DNA of 64,000 nucleotides from a virus, in IMG/VR virus record IMGVR_UViG_3300045988_146774, positions 96,001 through 160,000 of that record; one strand, 5' to 3'. The notes beneath the pieces are model-generated. The model was given only the letters and a program-made list of their open reading frames with translations. It had not been told where the DNA came from and made no database searches. Position 1 is the stretch's first letter. Each line of letters starts with the position of its first letter. The translations under genes and the position numbers were made by a program. Shown here piece after piece: positions 1 to 8,220 of this stretch.

Positions 1-2
1 AT

Positions 3-605
3 TTAAAACGTCTTAATGATTATGAATCAGAAATCGTCTTAGACTTTCAAGGAGTTATTTCAAAACTTTCAGTTAACAATGTTGAAAAGAATACAATAAA
101 AACTGTTGGATATAGATATGCAGAAGAGGGGAGTTCGTATCCTACTAATTTTTCTGTAATTAATGGAGTTACTATATCTTCTACTTCTTCAGAATATATT
201 TTATCTTTTGTTCAAAACACAAGTGATGATACTTTTGGGATTACTGGTTCTGGATCAAGCAAATTAGTTTTGGATAATAACAAGTCTTATAATTTTCAAT
301 TTTATATTAGAGATTCTTTTTCAAATGAAGACCATTATGAGTTAAATATTGAGCAAGGCGTTCCAATTATGTTTATTGGAGACAATAACCAAGTATCAGT
401 TGGAATGATTCCAGATATTACAAGAGATGAAAAATTTCAAGTTGCTACAGATATCCTTGCTACAAATGCGAATGGTGAACTAGTCGGAATTTTGGATTTG
501 ATAAGTAAGATGATTATTCCTAGCGACATTGAACCAGAAGACCAACCAAATGGAGGATTCTGGTTAAAGACAAGTACTATAGGAGAGGAGAATATAGTTG
601 GATAG
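3..605 (+). CDS. phage tail / host-recognition structural protein, C-terminal part (5' end outside window)
   Basis: Frame 3 is open from the window edge to TAG 603-605 (the track starts it at an internal TTG at 270). Lies directly upstream of tail-fibre-associated and lysis genes. No catalytic motif recognised. Confidence 0.55.
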   Translation, partial: LKRLNDYESEIVLDFQGVISKLSVNNVEKNTIKTVGYRYAEEGSSYPTNFSVINGVTISSTSSEYILSFVQNTSDDTFGITGSGSSKLVLDNNKSYNFQFYIRDSFSNEDHYELNIEQGVPIMFIGDNNQVSVGMIPDITRDEKFQVATDILATNANGELVGILDLISKMIIPSDIEPEDQPNGGFWLKTSTIGEENIVG

Positions 606-1485
606 ATATTTAAGATTGCCAAATGGTAAAAAAATAAAATATTATAATTTTGCAATTACTAATGCATTGATTGTAAAATTTATTGACGCAGATATAAAAG
701 AATTAAAATCATTCTTCGGGACGGATATCATTGATTATATTGATATTGTAGATGAAACTGATAACATATTAGAAAATCATAATCTCTATATGAAAAGGAC
801 TTCTATCTTAACAGAGTCATCTTTTATTGTTGAATATGAAGATCGTGTTGTAAAAGAAGCATGGACGGATGAAGACGGAGTTGAGCATCCGGCAGAAACA
901 GAAAAAATATCAAAGGAAATTCCTTGTGATATAACTACTGTTATTTTAGAGAAACCTTCTGTGTCGGAAGAATTAGATAATGTGAAATCAATTGTTGGAA
1001 TTGTAAACCCAAACAATATGACATTGGATGAGTTTAAAGATTATTATAAAACGCAAATTGGGAAAGAATGTACTGCTGCGATTGAAAATGGTGTTGATGT
1101 AGAAACAACGCTTGGTAAGAAACATTTTTCTTATACAATTGAAGATCAAAGCAATGTAAAAGATTTGATTATAACTGCTATTTTTACTGATTTTACTCTT
1201 CCACTTCCGTATCATGCTGATGGCGAATTGTGTACTTTATATCAGCCAAACGACATTCAGAATATCTACATGTCTTTATGTTCAAATAAAACTTATCATA
1301 CAACTTATTGCAATGTTTTAAATGCCATGATTAATGAAGCAAAAGATCTTGTGTCTGTAAAAGCAATTACATATGGCATGGAAATTACAGATGAAAAGTA
1401 TCTTGAAGTAATGACAAAGATTAATGAATCTAAAGATGCATTGCTTGCATATGTTGAAAAGAAATTTAATACAAGTGGTGAATAA
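598..1485 (+). CDS. tail-fibre-associated protein (C-terminal region resembles DUF4376)
   Basis: TTG start at 598 preceded by GGAGAGGAG with a 7-nt spacer; overlaps the upstream stop. 295-aa ORF. Family call is from memory of the motif only. Confidence 0.5.
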   Translation: MDRYLRLPNGKKIKYYNFAITNALIVKFIDADIKELKSFFGTDIIDYIDIVDETDNILENHNLYMKRTSILTESSFIVEYEDRVVKEAWTDEDGVEHPAETEKISKEIPCDITTVILEKPSVSEELDNVKSIVGIVNPNNMTLDEFKDYYKTQIGKECTAAIENGVDVETTLGKKHFSYTIEDQSNVKDLIITAIFTDFTLPLPYHADGELCTLYQPNDIQNIYMSLCSNKTYHTTYCNVLNAMINEAKDLVSVKAITYGMEITDEKYLEVMTKINESKDALLAYVEKKFNTSGE

Positions 1486-1487
1486 AT

Positions 1488-1970
1488 ATGAATAAAATAA
1501 AATATTATTTAAAACGAATTTTTTGTCATGTATTTATATTCTTATTCTCTGGTACGGTTTATTACTTAATGGAAGTTTTATTTAAAGATGCTCATAGTTC
1601 TCATTGGACAATGTTCTTATTAGCTGGATTCTCAGCATTGTTTTTCATTGATGGATTAAATGATTTATTTGGATATGATATGGATTATTTATTGCAATGC
1701 ATTATTTGTGCTACCGCAATAACAATTGGAGAATTATGCGTTGGTTTAATCTGGAATTTTGATTATGGAATATGGGACTATCGTAATATGCCATTAAATT
1801 TTAAAGGGCAAATATGTTTGCCATTTTATTTTTTATGGGTGTTATTATCTGCAATTTTTATTCCTGTGCTGGATTATATCGAATGGAAATGGTTTAACTA
1901 TGAAGTCGATAATCCTCCATATTATAAAATTTTTGGAAAAGTTATATTTAGATTTGGTGGTGATAGATAA
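1488..1970 (+). CDS. polytopic membrane protein (PF06541/DUF1113-like); holin candidate
   Basis: About four hydrophobic helices. YYLMEVLFK and GIWDYRNMPLNFKGQICLPFYFLW resemble the family misnamed 'ABC-transporter type IV'. Position is two genes upstream of the endolysin. Confidence 0.55.
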   Translation: MNKIKYYLKRIFCHVFIFLFSGTVYYLMEVLFKDAHSSHWTMFLLAGFSALFFIDGLNDLFGYDMDYLLQCIICATAITIGELCVGLIWNFDYGIWDYRNMPLNFKGQICLPFYFLWVLLSAIFIPVLDYIEWKWFNYEVDNPPYYKIFGKVIFRFGGDR

Positions 1971-2441
1971 ATGGCAATATTAGCTCAAAAGAAGAGAATA
2001 AAACTTTTGTTTAAAATTGTAACAGGTTATGTAAAATATCTTTTATCATCAGAGTATGTTGTTATGAATGACGATATTGATTTAGAGACAACGATAACTA
2101 ATATTAGAAATGATATAGGTAGTAAATACAAATGGACAAAACTTTGTGAATTAGCTGGTAATAGTGCAACATCTAAAACATTTACAGTAAAAAATTTACG
2201 TAATTATTCTGAAATATTGTTGACATGTGGTCCCGCCGTTGCTTATCAAACGGGTAGAATTTTATCTTCAACAGTTATTCCAATAGCAAATTGGAATTGG
2301 TCAACAAGTGACTATAATAGCGGTGCATTCCAAGCAGTATATGATGGAAAAACATATGTTGCTGGTGTTTCTAGGATGTCTGATACATCCGTAAAATTAT
2401 ATGCAAATACAAAAACAGTTGCTGGTTTATTTGTTCGATAA
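1971..2441 (+). CDS. hypothetical protein of the late/lysis cassette
   Basis: ATG preceded by GGTGGTGA. 156-aa ORF followed by a hairpin terminator. Confidence 0.5.
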   Translation: MAILAQKKRIKLLFKIVTGYVKYLLSSEYVVMNDDIDLETTITNIRNDIGSKYKWTKLCELAGNSATSKTFTVKNLRNYSEILLTCGPAVAYQTGRILSSTVIPIANWNWSTSDYNSGAFQAVYDGKTYVAGVSRMSDTSVKLYANTKTVAGLFVR

Positions 2442-2472
2442 TTACGATAATTATTTTTTTTTTGATCACTCT

Positions 2473-2508
2473 AAGAGTCAAGTTTAAAAGCTTGGCTCTT
2501 TTTATTTT
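2473..2508 (+). terminator. Rho-independent terminator
   Basis: Stem aagagtcaag / cttggctctt (one G.U) with an 8-nt loop, followed by tttattttg. Confidence 0.6.
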
Positions 2509-2540
2509 GCAATTTTTTACAATGAAAGGAGAATTTCATT

Positions 2541-3698
2541 ATGAATATTATTGAGACAAATTTAAAATTTGGGGCAATGACTAACAGAAAATCAACGAGT
2601 AGAATCATTCTGCATCATGCAGAAGCAAGTCATTGTACAGCAGCAGATATTCATCGTTGGCATTTAAATAATGGATGGGCTGGAGCTGGCTATCATTTTC
2701 TTGTAAGGAAAGATGGATCAATTTATAGATTGCGTCCAGAAAATAAAGTTGGCTCTCATGCGAAAGGTGCTAACTCAAATAGTATTGGAATCTGTTTTGA
2801 GGGAGCATACATGACAGAAACCATGCCACGGGCACAGATCAATGCCGGAAAGGAATTAGTGGCTTACTTAAAAAGTAAATATGGAATTTCGAAAGTACAG
2901 AGACATAGTGATGTTTATCCTACAAGTTGCCCAGGAACTAATTTCCCATTTGATGAAATTGCAGGTGCTTCCGGTAAAGTAAATGCGAACGTAATAAAGA
3001 ATAATTCTAATAATAACTCTTCTACTCTTTTAAAGGTTGGAAGTCGTGGAGCTTCTGTACAGGATGTTCAGAAAAAGTTAGTTGCTTTAGGATATAATGT
3101 TGGATCAACTGGAGCCGATGGTATTTTTGGTAATGCCACAAAAAATGCTGTTATTAAGTTCCAAGGCTCTGTTAGAATTTCAAAAGATGGCATCGTTGGT
3201 TCACAAACTCTTGCGAAATTAAATGAAGCATATAATAACAGAAATAAAGGACAGTCTGTTACTTCTACTACTTCTTATACAGGCAAAGATTATGTAAGAA
3301 AAGCTCAGGTACATATGAACAATTTTGCCGGTGCTGGTTTAGCAACTGACGGATTATGGGGAGCAAATAGTAGAAAAGGTCTTGTTAAATGTTTACAGAG
3401 AGCATTGAATAAAGATTATAAATTAAAATTAGGCGAAGATGGAATTAGAGGCAATGCCACTAATAACGCTCTTGGAAACCATTATGTAAAACGTGCTGAG
3501 ACTCAGTATCTTGTAACATTTGTTGAGATTGGATTAATGGCACTTGGATATTACAATAGTTCTGTAGAAGCTCCGGGAGTATTTGGTGGTGGATTAGAGA
3601 CTGCTGTTAGAAACTTCCAGTCAGCTCATGGATTAGTTTGCGATGGTATTGCTGGCAAAGGTACTATCTTAAAGATTCTTGCATGTCTTGGATGCTAA
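2541..3698 (+). CDS. endolysin: N-acetylmuramoyl-L-alanine amidase (Amidase_2/PGRP) with repeated PG_binding_1-like domains
   Basis: ILHHAE...GAGYHFLVRKDG...HSDVYPTSCPGTNFP are amidase_2 Zn-site motifs. About three repeats of the LGY..G.DGIFG..T..AV..FQ type. AAGGAG upstream of the ATG. Confidence 0.9.
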   Translation: MNIIETNLKFGAMTNRKSTSRIILHHAEASHCTAADIHRWHLNNGWAGAGYHFLVRKDGSIYRLRPENKVGSHAKGANSNSIGICFEGAYMTETMPRAQINAGKELVAYLKSKYGISKVQRHSDVYPTSCPGTNFPFDEIAGASGKVNANVIKNNSNNNSSTLLKVGSRGASVQDVQKKLVALGYNVGSTGADGIFGNATKNAVIKFQGSVRISKDGIVGSQTLAKLNEAYNNRNKGQSVTSTTSYTGKDYVRKAQVHMNNFAGAGLATDGLWGANSRKGLVKCLQRALNKDYKLKLGEDGIRGNATNNALGNHYVKRAETQYLVTFVEIGLMALGYYNSSVEAPGVFGGGLETAVRNFQSAHGLVCDGIAGKGTILKILACLGC

Positions 3699-3713
3699 AA
3701 TTAGATATAATTA

Positions 3714-3747
3714 TAGGGAATGGCTTAATCGTCATTCCCTATTTTTT
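3714..3747. terminator. bidirectional terminator between convergent endolysin and integrase
   Basis: Stem tagggaatg / cattcccta with a 10-nt loop, T-run after it on the + strand, A/T-rich before it. Confidence 0.6.
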
Positions 3748-3755
3748 ACGATTTT

Positions 3756-5087
3756 CTATTCAAATATTTCTTTAAGTTTTAAATATGCTTCATACAATTC
3801 TTGATTTTCTTTTGTTACGTTTTTTGGAAGTTTTTCATCTTCTTTTTTATAATCTGCGAGGATAGCTTGAGAAGGAGTCGTCACAGAACTAAGTCCCTCT
3901 TCTGTTGCATGTGTGTAAATGTTTTCTACACTGATGGCATTATGACCCATCATTAATGCGGTATTAATTACATTTGCTCCTTTTGATGAATTGGCAATTG
4001 TATCCATAGTATGTCTAAGAGAATGAATGCTTAATCCTCTCATTCCATTTCTTGTCATATGGACATCTCTGTCTACGCCAAGTTTGTCACAAAGAGTTTT
4101 AAATCCAACTTCTATCGTTTCATGAGTTCTTCTTTTGCCAGTGCTAAATACAGGGTAAAGTAAGTTGTCTGGATTATTTTTACAATAGATTTTCGTTTGT
4201 TCCATCATATATTGAGCACATTCTTTGGCTAAAGAAGACATGATAATAAATCTTGGTTTAGTATTTTTAGGAACCTTTGTATATCTTTCCAATCCTTTTG
4301 TTTTATCATTATCTATATATCTTGTTGCTTGAGATTCTACAACATATATTTTATTATTCTCGAAATCTATGTTGTCATTTCTAAGAGATGAAAATTCTCC
4401 AGATCTCAATCCTGTTTCAAGAATGAACATAACGACTACTGCATATTGCCCCATGTTATTTTTGTATGCATAATAAAATTTTTCGATGTCCTCTGGAGTA
4501 AATACTTCTTTTCTGTTTTTAACTTCTTCGTCTAATTTTTTGTCATATTCATCAATAATTTCTTTTTTTACTCTTGCTTGTTCTGCATAATTTTCTTTCA
4601 GAAGACTTCTATTGACTAACCATTTACAGCATCTTCGTGTTAATTGAATTGGGAAGCTGCAAGTTTTTCTGCTTTTTAATCCTAAAATAGTATCATAATA
4701 ACTTTCAAATTCTACTGCACTCAACATATGAAGTTGATATTTTGCTATTGGGAAATTATCAAAATTTGCCCTCATTGTATTAACATAGGAATGATACGTA
4801 CTTCCAGCAACAGTTGGTTTTACTTCTGTTTCTATATACTCATCCATATACTCACCGAAAGTTTTCTTTTTATCTACTTTGATATCTTTTCCCCTCTCGT
4901 ATTCCTTTTCCCAAGCATCTCTAGCCATTATAGATAATCGTCTTGCTTCTTTTTCTGTCTTGGCTGTTCGTTTAAATCTTTTTGGGTTTGCTGTTTTTGG
5001 ATTAAGATACTTTGCTTGGGTGATACATTCCCAAGAACCATTTTTTAATTGTCTGGTACTTCCTTCTCTGTTATCATTTTTATCCAT
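3756..5087 (-). CDS. int: tyrosine site-specific recombinase (phage integrase)
   Basis: TGLRSGE (box I Arg), HSLRHT (H-x-x-R) and GHNAISVENIYTH (His...Tyr). The ORF is open to 5093, but GGAGGG abuts that ATG, so the ATG at 5087 is the better-spaced start. Confidence 0.9.
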   Translation of the reverse strand: MDKNDNREGSTRQLKNGSWECITQAKYLNPKTANPKRFKRTAKTEKEARRLSIMARDAWEKEYERGKDIKVDKKKTFGEYMDEYIETEVKPTVAGSTYHSYVNTMRANFDNFPIAKYQLHMLSAVEFESYYDTILGLKSRKTCSFPIQLTRRCCKWLVNRSLLKENYAEQARVKKEIIDEYDKKLDEEVKNRKEVFTPEDIEKFYYAYKNNMGQYAVVVMFILETGLRSGEFSSLRNDNIDFENNKIYVVESQATRYIDNDKTKGLERYTKVPKNTKPRFIIMSSLAKECAQYMMEQTKIYCKNNPDNLLYPVFSTGKRRTHETIEVGFKTLCDKLGVDRDVHMTRNGMRGLSIHSLRHTMDTIANSSKGANVINTALMMGHNAISVENIYTHATEEGLSSVTTPSQAILADYKKEDEKLPKNVTKENQELYEAYLKLKEIFE

Positions 5088-5099
5088 TTTCATCCCTCC

Positions 5100-5168
5100 G
5101 ATATCACCATATCACTTTTTGAAAATTTAGTGATATCCTTCGCAAAAAGTGATATCACTTAGTGATAT
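5100..5168. promoter_or_regulatory. cluster of GTGATATC / GATATCAC repeats directly upstream of int (operator or arm-type sites)
   Basis: Copies at 5100-5107, 5109-5115, 5130-5137, the perfect 14-bp palindrome aagtgatatcactt at 5147-5160, and 5162-5168. Two more at 5366-5372 and 5379-5386. Confidence 0.5.
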
Positions 5169-5180
5169 TGGAGTAATTAT

Positions 5181-5246
5181 AAAACACCTCCAAACATATT
5201 TCAATACAGAATTTATTTCTATATTTACTATATTTGGAGGTGTTTT
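5181..5246. repeat. 14-bp perfect inverted repeat (aaaacacctccaaa / tttggaggtgtttt) with a 38-nt spacer
   Basis: Read directly from the sequence, in the int-upstream intergenic region. Confidence 0.6.
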
Positions 5247-5413
5247 GATGTGTTTTATTTGTTTATGTTATACAAGATTAATGACTTATTTGTAGTTTAC
5301 GACTATAAGTACAACCACAGGATTTTCCCGTTTTTACTGCATTCTACAGTTATTTGATTATTATGGTGATATTTATGAGTGATATCTAAAACATTATGAA
5401 ACGACACAAAATG

Positions 5414-5698
5414 TTATATATACACTTCCTTTCCTGCCATTTTCTTCATAAAATTTTGATACGCTTCATAAGTGATATAATATTCTTTCCCGATTTTATT
5501 GCCATATCCCATCTGGAACATCACTTTCAAAATCTTTAAAGCTTTATTACTTTCACATTTATATAAACTCATAATATCACTTTTATTTATAATTTCTAAT
5601 TGATTATGTTTTAATTCTTCTATAGCCGTGTCTTTGTTAAAACATTGTTCAATTAGTTCTTCCTTGGTCATTCTATCATATAATCTTGTATTGTTCAA
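5414..5698 (-). CDS. small DNA-binding protein, possible excisionase/recombination directionality factor (DUF3173-like)
   Basis: TTG at 5698 preceded by GGAGG with a 7-nt spacer (the track extends to 5719). DIMSLYKCESNKALKILKVMFQMGYGNKIGKEYYITYEAYQNFM resembles DUF3173 proteins found next to integrases. Confidence 0.4.
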   Translation of the reverse strand: MNNTRLYDRMTKEELIEQCFNKDTAIEELKHNQLEIINKSDIMSLYKCESNKALKILKVMFQMGYGNKIGKEYYITYEAYQNFMKKMAGKEVYI

Positions 5699-5729
5699 AC
5701 ATATTCCTCCGTAAAACAAAATGCAAATA

Positions 5730-5749
5730 GGGTGATTTTAGTATCACCC
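5730..5749 (-). terminator. terminator downstream of dut
   Basis: gggtgat-N6-atcaccc hairpin. On the - strand it is followed by TATTTGCATTTTGTTTTAC. Confidence 0.55.
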
Positions 5750-5776
5750 AAATTTTTATGTTATTTACTTAATAGT

Positions 5777-6316
5777 TTAGTCTGTAGTACTTCCAAATCC
5801 ACCATTCCTTACGCCATCACAATTATCATCTGCTGTAATTCCATACTGCATAAACACCCCCTGTGCGAATCCTTTCCCGGAAGGAATATTAATTTCTTTA
5901 TCTCCACGATTTACAAGCTTAATCATAATATGCCCTTCATTATCAGAATAAAAATAATCAGAATCTATTAGTGCTAAAGTATTTGACAGCATCATCTGAT
6001 ATTTAAAACCAAGTCCACTTCTAGGCAAAATAAACAATGCATAATCTGGATTCATTTCACAGCGAATACCTGTAGGGATCGTAACTGATTTGCCCGGTTT
6101 GAGCCTAATATTCATAGGGGCAAAGAAATCATAACCGGCTGATCCTGTCGTAGCTCTTTCTGGCAATTCTAATTTATCATAAGCACTTTCAGCGAGATAC
6201 CAATGATTATCTGCACAGTCACTAAAAAACTGATCTTTACTTACTTTGTGGAATTTTGCCACTCTTCTTGCTGTGCTTGTCATGTTTACTTTTTCTGTTG
6301 TTTTTGTATTTTCCAT
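5777..6316 (-). CDS. dut: dUTP diphosphatase (trimeric dUTPase)
   Basis: GSAGYDF, LPRSGLG, IDSDY and RNGGFGST motifs. GGAGG 9 nt upstream of the ATG at 6316. Confidence 0.9.
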   Translation of the reverse strand: MENTKTTEKVNMTSTARRVAKFHKVSKDQFFSDCADNHWYLAESAYDKLELPERATTGSAGYDFFAPMNIRLKPGKSVTIPTGIRCEMNPDYALFILPRSGLGFKYQMMLSNTLALIDSDYFYSDNEGHIMIKLVNRGDKEINIPSGKGFAQGVFMQYGITADDNCDGVRNGGFGSTTD

Positions 6317-6617
6317 ATTTTTTAGCCTCCAAAATTTCTTCTTTTACCATTTCATTAATTACTTCATTTATAACCTTATCGATCTTTTCAACGACTTCGT
6401 TAATACCATATTCTCTGTCATAATATTGGGCATATATATTATTGTCTTTGTCTACTACTTGATAAGACCAGTCGTTATTATCTTCGTCAATTACCATTAA
6501 AAAATAAAACATATCCTTGTAGACATTGCATCTATACGTACCATTTTTGAATCCATTTTTACGAAGTTTTAGTGCAGTAAGATTTTTTGATAATTTATAT
6601 TTTTCTCGTTTAAGCAT
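6237..6617 (-). CDS. hypothetical protein (lysine-rich C-terminal tail overlaps the dut start by 80 nt)
   Basis: 126-aa ORF co-oriented with its neighbours. No motif recognised. Confidence 0.5.
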   Translation of the reverse strand: MLKREKYKLSKNLTALKLRKNGFKNGTYRCNVYKDMFYFLMVIDEDNNDWSYQVVDKDNNIYAQYYDREYGINEVVEKIDKVINEVINEMVKEEILEAKKYGKYKNNRKSKHDKHSKKSGKIPQSK

Positions 6618-7341
6618 TCGGAATCTCCTTCCTCAAATATTTTAAATAATCATTCCAGTGTCCTTCAGAGTGAATAAATTCTTTTCCTTTTAACATCTTT
6701 TTACGCATATAGGTTTTCATGTCAACCCCTCTATACAAACGCTTTTTATTCAATAATTTGATGTAATTTTGAGTCAGTTTTGATAAGGCAAGCAATTTAC
6801 CATCTTCTTTCAAAGGAGCGATTATATCTTCATATTCTCTTAATTCGTCCTTTGGTATGAGGTATTCTATCTTAGGAAGATTCTTAGGGCTGAATGGAGA
6901 AATATCACCACCGGATGTCTTTGGTTTTAATAATGGAATGATTTTATCTGAATTTTTCTCATAAAATTTGAACATGACTTCTGAGTTTGTTTCCAGAATA
7001 TCAAAAATAAATTTTGAGTTTTTGATATCAGAATTGAATTGTTTGTGATCGATTATTTTATATGTAGTACCTTTTCCGGATTTTAAAATAGATACGTTTT
7101 CCGGATTAATATTCTCTGCATATAACTTACGAATAATATTTCTACCTCGTTGAAGAGATGGAATATACGATTGCAAAATTCCTTTACCATAATAAAATAT
7201 TTTATTCCCGAAGCTGCAATCAATATAAACATCTGCATCCTCATACGTATCTTTCAATGTTTTAGGAAAATCATTTGTCACTTTATCAACTTCACATTTC
7301 AGACGGTATTTGCCTTTATATTTTGTTGTAAGGTATCCCAA
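6610..7341 (-). CDS. hypothetical protein
   Basis: 243-aa ORF; 8-nt overlap with the downstream gene. No motif recognised. Confidence 0.6.
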   Translation of the reverse strand: MGYLTTKYKGKYRLKCEVDKVTNDFPKTLKDTYEDADVYIDCSFGNKIFYYGKGILQSYIPSLQRGRNIIRKLYAENINPENVSILKSGKGTTYKIIDHKQFNSDIKNSKFIFDILETNSEVMFKFYEKNSDKIIPLLKPKTSGGDISPFSPKNLPKIEYLIPKDELREYEDIIAPLKEDGKLLALSKLTQNYIKLLNKKRLYRGVDMKTYMRKKMLKGKEFIHSEGHWNDYLKYLRKEIPNA

Positions 7342-7359
7342 TTATTTATCACTTCTTTC

Positions 7360-7638
7360 TTAATCTTCTTCATAGAATCTTTCGTTGCTAACTTTTGGTT
7401 TATCTTTTTCTGCATCAGTTATAAGAGTTAATGCTTCCAATTTATTTGCAAAAAGAATTCTGTCGATATCGGAATAATTGAATAAATATCTTTTCTTTTC
7501 ACGCTTATCCATGCAAGCAAAATAATCTTCGTATAAAGTACAGACTATCATTTCACAAACATTATATATGCCAACATTAGGAAGTATTTGAGCATAATAT
7601 AGGATGTCTTTCTTCTTTATTCCTTGTTCATTTGTCAA
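7360..7638 (-). CDS. hypothetical protein
   Basis: 92-aa co-oriented ORF. Confidence 0.5.
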   Translation of the reverse strand: MTNEQGIKKKDILYYAQILPNVGIYNVCEMIVCTLYEDYFACMDKREKKRYLFNYSDIDRILFANKLEALTLITDAEKDKPKVSNERFYEED

Positions 7639-7665
7639 TTTATTATTCTCTTTTCTTTTATTTTT

Positions 7666-7702
7666 AGGAGTGCTATAGGAAATATAACACTCCTATTTTT
7701 TT
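7666..7702 (+). terminator. hairpin with a T-run only in the + orientation (between nrdG and the next - strand gene)
   Basis: aggagtg-N15-cactcct followed by atttttttacg on the + strand. On the - strand the flank is A-rich. Confidence 0.35.
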
Positions 7703-7719
7703 ACGATTTTAGATGGATC

Positions 7720-8217
7720 TTAATCGCAATATAGAATTATTTTATTCTGTTTTAATGTTTCTGGGATATTGATGACTCTTTGATTTGACGAGCCACGAAA
7801 TTTTAGACTTGGATTTTTTAAAGTTTCATCATAACGTCCATCGACAAGAACATCTACGAAAAGTAAAACTTTAAATTGTTCACTACTTAATGATTCATAT
7901 TGATATCCAGAATATAACCAAATCTTTTTCTCTGGAAATTTATCTTTGATTTCTTTACAGAGTTTACAAATGTCTTGCATATTTTGTTTGGCTAAAGGTT
8001 CTCCACCTAACACACTAAATCGTGAAATATATGGTTTATTTAATAATTCTAATAACTTATTTTTCTTTTCTTCAGTCCATTCTTTACCACCATTAAAATC
8101 CCATGCCTCTGAATTAAAGCATCCTTTGCAATGGATTGGACATCCTTGTACAAAAATGGAGACTCCAATTGCTTCTCCATTCGAAATGTCCATTGATCTG
8201 ATTTGTGCATAATTCAT
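7720..8217 (-). CDS. nrdG: anaerobic ribonucleoside-triphosphate reductase activating protein (radical SAM)
   Basis: GCPIHCKGCFN cluster motif, about 165 aa, immediately downstream of nrdD. Confidence 0.9.
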   Translation of the reverse strand: MNYAQIRSMDISNGEAIGVSIFVQGCPIHCKGCFNSEAWDFNGGKEWTEEKKNKLLELLNKPYISRFSVLGGEPLAKQNMQDICKLCKEIKDKFPEKKIWLYSGYQYESLSSEQFKVLLFVDVLVDGRYDETLKNPSLKFRGSSNQRVINIPETLKQNKIILYCD

Positions 8218-8220
8218 TTT

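Noticed and set aside
437-1215. - strand ORFs 437-655, 786-1016 and 988-1215 inside the + strand tail genes.
   Set aside because: They are shadow ORFs antisense to longer, co-oriented late genes, with low-complexity translations.
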